The notes beneath the pieces were generated by a model. It ran no database searches. It was not told the origin of the DNA and saw only the letters and a program-made list of their open reading frames with translations. DNA of 64,000 nt. Origin: the human T2T-CHM13v2.0 reference genome, Homo sapiens. Shown here piece after piece: positions 17,384 through 30,429 of the stretch. A program made the position numbers and the translations under genes. Positions within the stretch are counted from its first letter, which is position 1. The number at the start of each line of letters is the position of its first letter. The DNA lies in NCBI RefSeq assembly GCF_009914755.1, contig NC_060929.1; one strand, given 5' to 3'.

Positions 17384-17634
17384 TTGCAGATTCTTATTTT
17401 AAAATGAGAATCTGGATGCCTTTGCATTCAAAAACTTGAATTACTCAGCATATTAGAACCTGACAAATACATATATACAGAGAGAGAATGTTTAAGAACT
17501 CAAATAATCGTCGAAGTATTCTATCAATTATCTCTCTAATGTGTGATATGTTTTAGAAATGGTTTCTTGAGATAAGCTTCCATTTTACTTAATGAAGTTG
17601 AAAGTAATGGTGTCACCATCAAGAATTAATGCAT

Positions 17635-17932
17635 GAGTCTGCATGGTGGCTCACACTTGCAATCCCAGCACGCTGGGAGGCTGAGGCTGGTGGATTGCTT
17701 AAAATCAGTAGTTTAAGACCAGCCTGGGCAACATGGCAAAACCCTGTTTCTACAAAACACACAAAAATTAGCCAGACCTGGTAGTACACACCTGTAGTTC
17801 TAGCTACTCAGGAGGCTGAGGTAGGATAATCAATTGACCATCAGAGGACAAGGCTGCAGTGAGCCCTGATCGTGCCATTGCACTCCAGCCTGGGTAACAG
17901 AGTGAGACCTTGTCTCAAAAAATAAAAAAAAA
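17635..17932 (+). mobile_element. AluJ element
   Basis: Diverged Alu with J-type aaggctgcagtgagc. TSD aattaatgcat. Confidence 0.9.
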
Positions 17933-17996
17933 AATTAATGCATTTTTTAAAACTATGAGAAAGGCCTAGTGCCTTCCCATAATTTAAAAAAATTAT

Positions 17997-18358
17997 AGCC
18001 TCATACCTATAATCACAGAACTGTGGGAGGCCAAGTTGAGCTCAGGAGTTTGAGCCCAGATATTCAAGACCAGCCTGGGCAACATAGAGATACCTAGTTT
18101 CTACAAAAAAAAAAGTTTTTAAAATAAAAAATTATACAGATGTTGTGGCACACACCTGTAGTCCCAGTTAATCAGAAGGCTGAGGCAGGAGGGTCTTGAG
18201 CCCAGGAGTTCAAGGCTGCAGCGGGCTATGATCATGCCACTGCACTCCAGTCCACATGACAGAGTGAGAGCAGCGGGCTATGATTATGCCACTGCACTCC
18301 AGTCTACGTGACAGAGTGAGACCTTGTCTCAAAAAAATAAATAAATAAATAAAATAAA
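17997..18358 (+). mobile_element. AluJ element with 52-bp internal tandem duplication
   Basis: Diverged Alu. 18218-18269 is repeated at 18270-18321. Confidence 0.9.
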
Positions 18359-18369
18359 TTGTGACACAG

Positions 18370-18914
18370 CTATGTCATCAAAATCAAGCATTTCTTGTTT
18401 AGCCTTTATAGTAATTAAGCCCATAAGGTAACTTTATGAAGGACTCCTTAATCCTGAACACCCATGGGAATATCTACTTTCTTAAACAGTTATCTCTCTT
18501 GTAAAGTTTAATTGCTCCCATCTAAGATTTAATTTGTTTCACCAGGGTGAAACAGCTTGGGACACAATATTGTTTTCAGAATGATTAGTATATTTCATCT
18601 CTTATATCTGTTATCTTCGGCACTAGATTCTTTCCTTTTAACTGTTTTTTGTGTGAGAAGTTAATATTTGATCCATGCATACTTAACCTTGTAAAACTTG
18701 TTTCTTCTCACCTACAGGCTGTCAAACTTTAAATGGTCACACAACTGGAGCCTCTGATGATAGCTCCCTTTTACCAGGAACCCTCAGATAGGCCTCTGAG
18801 GGAAATCTGAGTTCCGTTTTCCCAAAACAGCATCCCCTGTCAGCAGGGAGTAGCTAATATCGGTCATGATCCCTATTCTAACAGCAGTTAGATGCACCTC
18901 TTCAGAGAAGGAAA
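18370..18914 (+). pseudogene. 3' internal remnant of a class I (gamma-like) ERV, including env cytoplasmic tail and polypurine tract
   Basis: 18661-18810 translates LIFDPCILNLVKLVSSHLQAVKL*MVTQLEPLMIAPFYQEPSDRPLREI*, resembling the FGPCIFNLLV..VSSRIEAVKLQM...PLDRP tail of gamma-type Env. PPT agagaaggaaa lies directly before the LTR. Confidence 0.8.
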
Positions 18915-19874
18915 TGACACAGGCAGGAGGCAGAGAAATCCTAGGCATACCAGGGGTGGGTATCCCATGAAACCTCATCTTCAAGCCAAAGACAGTTCAA
19001 AGCCTGAAGACCAAGCTACAAGTCAAATTCACAGACCAGATAGAGAACCTGTCTTCCTCTTTGTAGTGCTTTCCTTTGATTGAGCTTCACCCTTCACCTA
19101 TTTTACATATACCTACCCTTTCCTAATTGTTTTTACACTGTTCCCACCTTTGACTGGTGCCTTTGTTTTAACCTTTTTCCAAACTCTTGAATGGATCAGT
19201 ACATACTTCTTTATCCTATGCCTATAAAAGCTGCAGACTCAGCCACACAGAGAGATGACCTGACTTCAAGAGAGACAACCCAACTCTCCCATCTCTTCTC
19301 CGCTGAGAGCTGTTTGGTCACTCAATAAAATTCTCTGCCTTCACTACCCTTCAACTATCAGTATGACCTCATTCTTCTTGGATGTGGGACAAGAGCTCAA
19401 GACCCACCAAATGAGGGTGCCCAGAAAGTCTATAACACTGGCCCTCTGACCTTGCTGATGGAGGGCAGCCGCCTCGTATGACAGAAGCAGCAGCAGGTCC
19501 AAGCCAGTCCCAGAGCCATGCTAGTCCTGGAGTCATGGGCAAGAGCAGGGTAAAAGGCTGACTGAGCTGCTAACACGCCTCTTTCCACTGGACAGCAGAC
19601 AGCTAATTAGCATCCTGTAACATCCCCTCTGGGGCTTGGGTGTCTCAGGCACCACTGCCTGGGCATCATCAAATTCCCCTCAGGGTGACACATCTGATCT
19701 TACTGCAGCCTCACACAGAACTTGCTCATGTGTTGATGCTCAAAGCAGTTGGCCAGACCCCACACTTACTTGCTTACATGCTCACTCCTGCCAGGGGCTG
19801 AGCGCAGTGGGCTGAGTAGGTGGGGTGTTCCCTGCTGCAGGTCCGGCAAATGGGGCAAGAAAAGTCCTGTGTCA
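18915..19874 (+). mobile_element. ERV1 3' LTR (LTR28-like; LTR1/27/28/MER52 group)
   Basis: Perfect 9-bp terminal inverted repeat TGACACAGG...CCTGTGTCA. TATAAA at 19223-19228 and AATAAA at 19324-19329. Confidence 0.85.
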
Positions 19875-20711
19875 CCTTTATGCTGTTCTTGTTTAATGAA
19901 TGCAACAAAATTTCACAGTGTTCTCTGCAGTTAATCATTATTCTGTTTGTTCATTTTAATCCTTGTCTTTTATCTTGTTGCTTTATTTCCAAAAAAATGA
20001 AACAAAAAAAAGCAGCTGGTTGATTGAAAGAGAAATAGCACATTATCATTTAAAAACTGAGTTGATGTTTTCCCCTTTCAATTGGAATGCTACCTCTTAG
20101 TAAGTGTGGCTGGAATGCATTGATATTCTTTCCAAGCTTGTTGAGTACCCTTCTATTTCCAAAGCAGGAGTAACTGCATCAGAAGAGGGGACTTGTGATA
20201 TTTGTCTATTGATAAGAACTGTTTTCTTTTATTTTGTTTTTGTTCCCCTGTGATATGGACGTTTTGGTTTACTGGAAGTTAATTTCTGCTTAATTCTTGT
20301 GTCACAATATTCCTTTTTTGAGCCATCCTCAGAAAAATTCACCAAAGGCCTTATGGTAGAATAAAAATATTTTTTCTCGGATTGCACAGATTAAAAAAAG
20401 ACTCTTCCTTGTTTTGAAAGCTTCAATTTAATAAGTTGTCCAGGTGTCTTGTATTTACAAGGACTTTCTTGGACAAGATAATGTTCTCCTTTAATGTTTA
20501 GGGCTATACATTTGATCTATTTCCCGGTGCTGCCCACCCCCTGCCCATTAATCCAGTTTCAATGTCTTCAGTGCTCTAGGAATTTTTGGAATCTCTTATC
20601 CACTGTTGGTACCCTATCTTATTATTGTGGTTTCTTTTTGAAATATTTATGGTTTCTTTTTGGTGTATGGTCTCTGACATGTCAAGGGGTGATATATCAG
20701 AAAGATATATC

Positions 20712-21100
20712 TAAGTGTAAGTTATATTGCAATAACAAACAAACCCTAAATTTTAGAGTCTTTAAGCAATAAAAGTTGATTTCTCACTCACATACTCTGA
20801 AATGTGGTTGGGCTGGTGTGGCTTTGTTGCAAGCTGTCCTCCCTCGGAGGCAAATGCTGCTGAGTCACTACCCTCCATAACACAGGTGAGTGTTTGCAAA
20901 GCATCTAACCAGGTAAATAAAAGTATAGACAGTAGAATATTATTGGCTCACTACATTATATAAATGTATATTTAAGACAGAAAGTTAAACATGGTGGAAC
21001 AGAGTCCATGAAATGTCACTTGGTTCTTTATGTCACTAAGTTCTTTATGTCGCTGTCAATTGGTCTCAGTGGTTGCTTTAATCACATGGAATCTGATCCC
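20712..21100 (-). mobile_element. Old MaLR LTR fragment (MLT1K/L-like)
   Basis: ttatattgcaataacaaacaaaccctaaatttt...aagcaataaaagttgatttctcactcaca motif. Confidence 0.45.
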
Positions 21101-21223
21101 AGTGTATTTTTAGTTATAAAGCAGTCGCAACATAAGTGCTGCTCTTATATCTCTTTGCTGAAAAGACAATAGGAAACCACTCCCATTCAATCTCTTTTTG
21201 TTCAATGTATTGATGATATTGGA

Positions 21224-21520
21224 TTTTTTTTTTTTTTTTTGAGACGGAGTCTCGCTCTGTCGCCCAGGCTGGAATGCAGTGGCGTGATCTCGGCTCACTG
21301 CAAGCTCCGCCTCTGGGTTCACGCCATTCTCCTGCCTCAGCCTCCCAAGTAGCTGGGACCACAGGCGCCCACCACCATGCCCGGCTAATTGTTTGTATTT
21401 TTAGTAGAGATGGGGTTTCACCATGTTAGCCAGGATGGTCTCAATCTCCTGACCTCATGATCCTCCCGCCTCGGCCTCCCAAAGTGCTGGGATTACAAAT
21501 GTGAGCCACTGTGCCCAGCC
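21224..21520 (-). mobile_element. AluY-like element
   Basis: Low-divergence antisense Alu. TSD gata(t/c)tggat. Confidence 0.95.
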
Positions 21521-22020
21521 GATACTGGATATTTTAAGTTAGAGAAGTCACACCTATACTTCGTAAGAAAAATAAATACAAGTCCAGTGCTATTTCTCTT
21601 AAGGAAGGCAACCTGAACATTGTCTTGCATGCCTTTCTATAACTCTATCTCTGTTCATTCAAAGGGCTCTAATATAGTTTCATGCATATATACATACACT
21701 AAACAAAACACTGTGCATTTTTACCCCACCCAATAATTTTTCATGGATATCTACATGACAATTATGTAAAAGATTATTTTTTTGAAAATTCAGGTAATTT
21801 AATTGGAGGAAAGAATTAAAAGAATTTTAGAAATAATTGGATGAGACATTTATGATTTGAGTATTTATGACAACTATGAAAATTAAGTGAACAATTTAAG
21901 TTGGTATCTCTGAATAAAGCACTTGAAATAATGGACCAGAACATTTTTATTAAGATACAACACAAGAATTCAAAATCCACTAATAAAGAACACTTGAACG
22001 TAACAATTAAAATTTTGTTC

Positions 22021-22212
22021 AGTGTGGGCAACATTGTAAAACCCTGTCTCTAATAAAAATACAACAATTAGCCGGGCATGGTAGCACACGCCTTTAGGTG
22101 GGAGGCTGAGGAGGGAGGATCACTTGAGCCTGGGAGATCAAGGCTGCAGTGAGCCATAATCGTGCTGCCACTGCACTCTAGCTAGCCTGGGGGACTGTCT
22201 CAAAAAAATATA
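22021..22212 (+). mobile_element. 5'-truncated AluJ
   Basis: Linker and right arm only, highly diverged. Confidence 0.85.
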
Positions 22213-22980
22213 AAATTATAGACAGCTTCACAGGTGGGGGAGACATGACACAGAAGAATCACTACGGAATAATATTCTAGTAAATTATTGATCTTGAAAG
22301 ATAAATAATGATATCTTCTTTTGTAATATATATTCTTATATAATTAAAGTAATAGATGTTTAATATAATTTCTGTAGCTATCTTACATTCCACGTTGCTT
22401 ATTGTTGCATAGTTATATTTTTCTAGTTTTTTTGTGTGTGTTTGTTTTCTATACTACGTAATAAATTACTACAAACGTTGCATATAACAAAAGCTATCAC
22501 ATTTGGTTCTATGTGTGGGGGTGCTTTTTTCTTGGTATCTACATGGACTGTTGTGATAAACTTAGAGAGTAGCACCGCTTTTATGAAAGGTCGCAACTTC
22601 CACAATATTCCATGGTGTCTCTGTGTGGCACAGCAGGAGAAGATTTAAATTGGCCATTTAGCTTGTACAGGACAATAATATCCAAACTGGATTTCAAAGT
22701 TTTCTCCTTGCCAGAGTATAAGTACAAGAAAATTTCTCTATATACTAAAATAGGAAGTGAAATTGGCTGAGAGAAACTCAGAGGATTTCAAGAAGATGTG
22801 CAATTATGACAGAGAGAATGAATTCATGATGATCAAGGACTGATCAATGAAAACCAGTGAGAACACAGAAGTCTGGTAGAAAGCAGTAGAGACCTGTGAT
22901 GGCACTGCCAGTCCTCTTCCACATGCGGCCTTCTCTCTGCGTGATGTGCCCTCACCTTCTACCTTCACAGTGTTTTTTTT

Positions 22981-23406
22981 CTATATCCAATTGCTGTGTC
23001 TCCCCTCTATACCTGACCATTGTGCATTCACTCTCTATCTGATCATGGTGAATTTTCTCTACACCCAATCACTGTGTAGTCATTCTATACCCAATTGCTG
23101 TATCTTCTCACTATATCTGATGCTATACTTTCTCTCTAAACCTGATCATTTTGTCTTCTGTCTATACCTGACCATTGCACCTTCCAGCTATACCTGATTG
23201 CAATGTTTATATCTGACTGCTGTGCCATTTTCACTCTATGCCTGGTCACTATGCCTTGACCATAAACCTGGTCATTTTGTATGTGTGTGTTTTTTTCAGA
23301 TTACTTGGTGCCTTCACTCTATATCTAATCACTGGGCCTATTCCACATCCCTGACATTGAGCTTTCTCTCTGTGCCTGATCACTGAACATTCACTGAACA
23401 CCTGAC
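22981..23406 (+). repeat. Degenerate ~26-bp tandem repeat, about 16 units
   Basis: Units start at 22981, 23007, 23033, 23059, 23085, 23111, 23136, 23162, 23188 and onward. Approximate consensus CTATACCTGAYCACTGTGYCTTCWCT. Confidence 0.85.
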
Positions 23407-24539
23407 TCCTAGGAAATGGACAAAACTATCCAAAATTATGCCCCCCTACCAATAAAATTATCCAAACAGAATTAGAAATCAGGTTCAATTAAAAGTGAGG
23501 GGGATTATCACATATCCTGATTGTTTAAATAAAATAAAATTTCAGTATATGTCCTAATACAGTAATTTCAGCGTTTGCTTAAAATCTTTTTCAACTTATA
23601 AAATGATACAAACAATTTTAATTTATATGCTTTGATTAAAAGATAGGGACAACAACATCGACTGATTAATATTTTTAGTGATACTTGAATGATGACAAGT
23701 ATCAATTTTGAGATTTTTTGCTTTATTCTATTTCCTCAGTAAGAAAGAAACAACATAAATTGTTATTATTAGGATCTATATATGTGACATTCCAGTCAAT
23801 TTATGTAATGAATAAGAATGATTCTAATGAGAAAATCGATTCATGAATGGATATGATAAATATAGAAAAAATGTCACATTTAAGAATAGCTCTGTCTCTG
23901 TGAAAATGTATATAATTTGGGTTTACTCATTCTATACATATTTTATTTATTACCTATTTAGTTTTAGACACTTTGTTAGGTGCACATGATACTGAGATTT
24001 TTAAAATATATTTTTAAGGGACCTACGGACCACTATAATATCAGGTGATTTCAAACTAATTTATAATTAAAGGTGGAAGGTGCTAAAATAATAAGCCAAG
24101 GTTGCTCTAAGATCAATTGTAGTAAATATTTTGCTGTTTATTTTCTTTAAAAAAGACATTCTCTACTTTAAGAGAAGTGCTACATTCCAAAGCCAAATTA
24201 TATACCTCAATGATCCATTGATCACTGCAATAATTTCACTTATTATATTTTTTAGAATTACCTACACAAAACCTGCCTCTTTAAACTGCCAAGAATCTCT
24301 GACTGGTTTGTTTTGTGTTTCAGTTTTCTACATTGAGGCCTATACATATGAAAGTCATTCTTTGGCTATCATATTTTTTAAAACATGATGTACCAATTAA
24401 ATCTGTATGAATGTGGTACAATTTATGCAGAAAAATATGTATCTTCTAGTTAAGTATTTTCTCTTGCAAATTGACCAGTTTTATTAGGGAATTCCAAGTC
24501 TGGCCTACATTCATAAAAAGTAAGTGGTAAGAGAGTAAC

Positions 24540-24743
24540 CATGTACTCTGGGGCCTACCAATGGGCAGAGGGTGGGAAGAGGGAGAGGATCAGGAAAAAT
24601 AACTAATGGTTACTAGGCTTTATACCTGAATGACGAAATAATCTATACAACAAACCCCATGACACATGTTTACCTATGTGTCACATAGGTATATGCACAT
24701 CCTGTTCATATACCGTTGAACTTAAAATATAAGTTTAAAAAAA
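24540..24743 (+). mobile_element. L1PA13-16-type 3' terminal fragment
   Basis: gagggagaggatcaggaaaaataactaatgg...caacaaaccccatgacac...gaacttaaaat. Imperfect TSD aaaaagtaa(g/a)tgg(t/a)aaga. Confidence 0.85.
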
Positions 24744-25069
24744 GTAAATGGAAAGACTGAGGAATCACTTGAAGAGTAAAATGCAATCTAGTAAATCACA
24801 TCAATCATTGAATAAAAGTTAAAAACTATGTTGGTTTATTGGGCCTTTCTTTAATTTACAACAACGAAGTTAAAGATATATAAAATAAATAAAAAGAATC
24901 TTTACCCAATGAAACAGATATTGGAACAATTATGTTCCAAAAATTAAGAGCCAATATTTCTAAGAAATCTTTCCTCTAGACGTAATTGTAGGTGGAAAAG
25001 GTTGTCATGTACTTGTTCAATAAACATTTAGAGAATATCTTGCTTCAAGTTAGGGGATACAATAACAGA

Positions 25070-25443
25070 ATGCAGCAAAAGTGGAAAAACAGAACTTCTG
25101 AGACTCCTCTCTAAAACCCTTAATATTTTTGCTCTTATCCTCTTGAACTACTGCCCTAAGAATGCACACAAAGCAGGTCCCTACCTGGAGGATGAGATAC
25201 CATGGATCAGAGACAAGCCACCCAGCTAAGACCCCAGAAAAACCAGCTGGTAACCAGCATCCACCACTGCAGGTGAGGGAGGCACCTGCGCTGTTCGAGC
25301 TCCTAGATGACTACAGCGCAATGTATGACCCTAGTGGAAGAGCAGCCTGGACCACCGAATTATGAGCAAATAAAGCAAATATTGTGTGTGGCCACTAAAC
25401 TGTGGGTGGGTTGGTTTGTACAAAACACAAGCTAACTTACACA
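25070..25443 (+). mobile_element. MLT1G/H-type MaLR LTR
   Basis: ctggaggatgagataccatgga ... gatgactacagc ... gaattatgagcaaataaa ... gccactaaactgtggg ... gctaacttacaca. Confidence 0.65.
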
Positions 25444-26910
25444 GAAGAATAGTTATGCAAATAAAGAAGAAAATTATGAAACTTGCAAAATTTTGTCTAC
25501 TTTCTGGTTTGTCAGTTGTCCAATGTGTCTCTTCATGAATACTGCAATGTTCCATGTAGAATTAGAGTGCTGGCTGTGCTTTATTAAAATGATACCATTC
25601 TGAACATTATGCCCCAGGGTAATGATTTTTAAATGGCTACTAGAATCTTGGCAGATGTCCAGGGTGAACATCCCAAGATATTTGGCAGAACTAAATCAGC
25701 GCTCCAACAAGAAGCACAATAAAGTCAGCACAGCTGGTGTCTCTTCTTGTTGCTCTGCAGCAAGAAACACAGCTGCAAATGGAACAGCCTGGGGCCTTAG
25801 AGATTGGAGGTGAAAAAAAAAGACATGAAGAAGATTAGAGATGTTTCAATACATTTCCAAGAAAAAGGAACTTTGCAGTTAAACAATCTCCTTTTTGTAG
25901 CTGCAAAAATAAGTTTGTTATATTGAACCTACAGTTTATTAAATGTATACTTATAATTCTGTTAAAATATAATATTTATTCTCTCTCATACATTAAAAAG
26001 TACTATTTCTATAACCTGTTACTACCTGTTAAATGCTTTTAAATGGTATTTAATGATAGGTATACTAATACACAGAAGAGTTAAAAATTTGTACATTTTC
26101 ATACAGAAATATTTATTTGAAAAAGAAAATAGTAAAGTTTATGTTCTGCCAAATTACATTGTGATCTGTTATATGATCTTTTTGAAACAACTTCTAGATT
26201 TAAAACATTTAAAAAAAAATGACTGCAATAGAAACAAATTTCAGTTAATACAGTTATAGAAACTCCTGATTCTAGGTGAAAGCAAGACTGTAATTGCAGA
26301 AATTTGAGAATGTCTCCATAAAAAGAGAACAGATAAAATTATTCTTGTTTTAAATAAAAGAGATACGATACACACAATTAAGACAAACACCTTTACCAGC
26401 TTTTTATTGCTAATTTTATGTCTTTGTATTATTGCTAAATTTCTTAGTGAGTTATGATGTGCTTTTCATGTGAAAAGTGTAATACCATTTACAAATACAT
26501 TTTTATTCATCTTAATTTCTAAAATCATTCACTTGACAGCTAACTCAAAAACCAAGTATCATTTCATCTCATGGTCATTTTCATCTTTGTATTGTGATAA
26601 ACACATTAACTCATTATCTCATATTTTAACTGTCGGTTCTGAAGACTATATAAATTAGGCATGTAATGTAACTATAGAGAAAGAAATTGAAGAAGTAATT
26701 CCATTAAATAATTGATAGAAGGTGGTAAAGATCAAGACTGACATGATAATGTACTGCATATCACAAAAAAAGGAAAATTTAAAATCTCAAATTTGCATTG
26801 ATCAAATATGTACATCTATTATGGATTAATCCAGGTTACATTTGCCCGCAATAATGTTATAATGCCATTCTGTTCACATATGTTTACTGTTGAAATTAAT
26901 TATTTAGATA

Positions 26911-27165
26911 AATATGTACAGTGTATGCATATATATATACTTATCTATATGTATACATGTAAATATACATGTATATGTACATCTATGTGTATGTCATCTA
27001 TGTATATATGTATATATGTAATCTATGTATATATGTATATATGTCATATATGTATATATACACGTATATATGTACATATGTATGTATATATGTATACATA
27101 CATATATACATATATACGTGTATACATACATATATGTACATATATACATGTGTATATACATGTCT

Positions 27166-27196
<31 letters not shown>
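26911..27196. repeat. Compound (TA/TG/CA)n alternating purine-pyrimidine tract
   Basis: About 280 bp of tatatgtatacata-type sequence ending in (CA)n. Confidence 0.95.
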
Positions 27197-27592
27197 GACA
27201 GCCAGTACCTTACTAGGAACCAAACATAATTCAAGTGGTCTTCTAAATGCAGGCTATACAATACACAATTTTTTTTTTAATGAGAGCCATCATGGCTCCC
27301 AAGTAGCCACGCCATTACTCTTCCTTTTATGGGTGCAAATAACTTCATTTTATTCTACGACTTTCCTCAGTGTTTTCATACTATTGTGCACTTCAAGATG
27401 ACAATTAATATTTAAACACTGCAATTTCTTACCTAGCCAGATAGAACATATTTTTGTTTTAAAGTTCACGGCATGAGCATTCTGGCACTATGAAAGTCTC
27501 TCTGGACAGGATTATAAATTTAACAAATATATTATTCAATTTGTGTTTCTACTTTGACATTTTTAATTCTTTATATTGCATGTTCCCTAGGG

Positions 27593-27806
27593 CAGCAGTT
27601 CTTAACTGACAGCATTTTTGTCACCCAGAGGACATTTGGCAATTTCTGAAGACACCATCACTTTGTGGTTGTGGGAGGAACACCACCGCATTTATTAGGT
27701 ACAGGCCATGACTGCTACTAAACATCCTACAAGGCACAGGGAAGACCCTCACAACAAAGAATTATCCAGTCCAAAGTGTTAATAGTGGAAAGATTGAAAA
27801 ACTCGT
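27593..27806 (+). mobile_element. MER20 hAT-Charlie element
   Basis: cagcagttcttaac...ggacatttggcaatttctgaagaca...ctaaacatcctacaaggcacagg...aagaattatccagtccaaagtgttaatagtg. Confidence 0.85.
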
Positions 27807-29203
27807 TCCTAGAAGAATATAATTCCCTAGATAATGGGTGAAATTACATTATATAGATCAAAAAGATACATGCAAATCTTACATTAAGACATGCTTTAGA
27901 AACCACTTCAGTTTATTTTTGCATCTTTCTGTACTGAGCTATCCAAAATGTCTCAGACTTTGTCGGCAGATTATTGCCCACCGACAAGAAATATACAACC
28001 ACATTATGCTTTTCTCACTGGCAATATAGCGCAGTGCAATTACTTGGAGTGGCTCCATAATCATTACTTAGCAAGAGATGCAAGAAACAATAATCTGATA
28101 AAATCTTACACACCAAGGAAGTCTCTGGTACTGCCTTTTCTGTATTCTTGTAACATATTTGCAAAGCTATATAGAAAATCTATTATTTGCATGATCTTCC
28201 TATTTCCCCAAAACACACAAATGCACACGCATGGGTACACACACACACACACACACACGGACACACATCCCAAGCTGGACTATTTTTTTTTAATCATTTT
28301 ATCCTGTATGTCAAATGTCCATTTATTTTACCTTTTCTAACAGATAAATCACCAAGCATTATTTAAGATTCACTGAGGACGTCTTCTCTCATCCACAAGC
28401 AGGGCCCCCTGTCCAAGTCTACGGTTCCCCTATTGGTGCTTATCAGACACCATATTGAAATTTTCTATTTGTAAGTCTGCAGTTTGCTCAAAGATAGTGG
28501 TCTTGTTTCATTAACCATTTTATTACTAGCCACTATCACAGCTCTCAGCACATAAAGTGCATTTACTCTCTCTCTCTCTCTCTCTCTCACTCAAGAAAGA
28601 ATTGAATAAATATAAGGAGAGAGATTGTTTTAATGATTCAAAACTGAATTAATGAGTATATGATAAAAAAAGTAATTTTATCAGGCCCCATATGTTGATA
28701 AAAATTTTGTTGTCACCTGCTTACATTATTATTAGTCTTCAGTTAGCATTAGAAACCAGTATATTTTTAAGTGTTAGTGTTATAAAAATGATTTTTATTA
28801 CATATTTAGAACCACTTATTCCTTTCATACCAAATAAAGCCACAACCTAGTGTTTAGAAGCAAACCTTCAACAATGTGTGTGTGTCTATTTCCTTTAGAT
28901 ATCTTCTGTGCATGTACATGCATATTCTGCAACACAGCTGTATTCTCTAACAAAACTAGGCTATCTTAGTATCACAGAAGGGAAGCCTGGATAGTCATTA
29001 GATAACTAACAGTATCTACCCAAAGGGAAGAAGCATGATCCCATATATTTGTAACAAACGCTATATTTCTGTCTATATGTATATAGTCCAGTAGGGCTGG
29101 CAGAACACTAACTGCTATAGATCAGCAGATACCTTGTCTATCAAAACTATGACACCATCCTCTAATTGTTCCTTGCCTCTGATCTCCCTATAATAGCTTA
29201 CAA

Positions 29204-29429
29204 TAAAGACTGACAAACTCTTTTTTTTAATAAAAGATAACACTGTAAATATTTTGGGCATTGTGGGCCAGCGATATGACCTTCTTCCCAAACATCCAGC
29301 TCTGCCATTGCCGTGCCAAAACTACCACAGACAATCTTCAAGTAAAGGAGTGTAACTGTGTTTCAATAAAAGCACAAAAACAGAGAGCAGGACAGATTTG
29401 TTCCCCCTGCCATTGTCTGCAGATCTTTG
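29204..29429 (+). mobile_element. MER58A hAT-Charlie element
   Basis: gtaaatattttgggcattgtgggcca...cagctctgccattg...cacagacaat...tgtgtttcaataaaa. Confidence 0.75.
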
Positions 29430-29444
29430 CCTATAATATCATCA

Positions 29445-29778
<334 letters not shown>

Positions 29779-30328
29779 TCAGAGTTAATGAAAATATCAC
29801 CCATTCTTATGAACACAATATAAAGTGAGTTTCTCCCTCCACTTTCATATCATCCTCTATGCATTCATGTTACAATATCTATTATATGTTATTACCATGA
29901 ATGCTATGTATTTGTTTTCCTATAGTAATGAGTGTATATATACACACACACAAACTTACTGATAAAATATAATTTCCAATATTCAGCTTAAGGTTTCCCA
30001 TAAAATAACTCTTTCAATAGAATCTTGCCTGAAACCACAGTAGTACAGAGAGTTGAAACTTACTCTGTCTTGTTCTTTTTCTCTACTACTTTCAGATATT
30101 AAATTTTTGTCCCTCAACCATACTCATCTCAGTAAGAGAACTTAAGAATATTAACTTTTCACTATTCTCATCTTTCTTCCCAAACCCCAAATGAGGACTT
30201 TGACTTCTTCCCAAGTCCTCAACTCACAGCCTTTTCTGCAAAAATTACTTTATGCCTTATGATTCTCACATAGATTATGTGGCATCCTTTTACAATATCT
30301 CAAAAATATCCATTTGTATTAACTCAGT

Positions 30329-30330
<2 letters not shown>

Positions 30331-30369
<39 letters not shown>
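30331..30369 (+). repeat. (CA)n microsatellite, about 19 units
   Basis: Perfect AC run. Confidence 0.97.
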
Positions 30370-30370
<1 letters not shown>

Positions 30371-30429
30371 CTATTCCAGAGTTCACTGTTGATAACATTT
30401 TTCCTCTCTGTTATTTTCCTTGACTTTTA

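Noticed and set aside
22981-23406. CRISPR-like repeat-spacer array
   Set aside because: The context is eukaryotic, there are no cas genes, the repeats are degenerate, and the variable halves resemble each other rather than being unique spacers.
26808-27401. 197-aa ORF and overlapping ORFs
   Set aside because: Low-complexity translation of a TA/TG/CA microsatellite.
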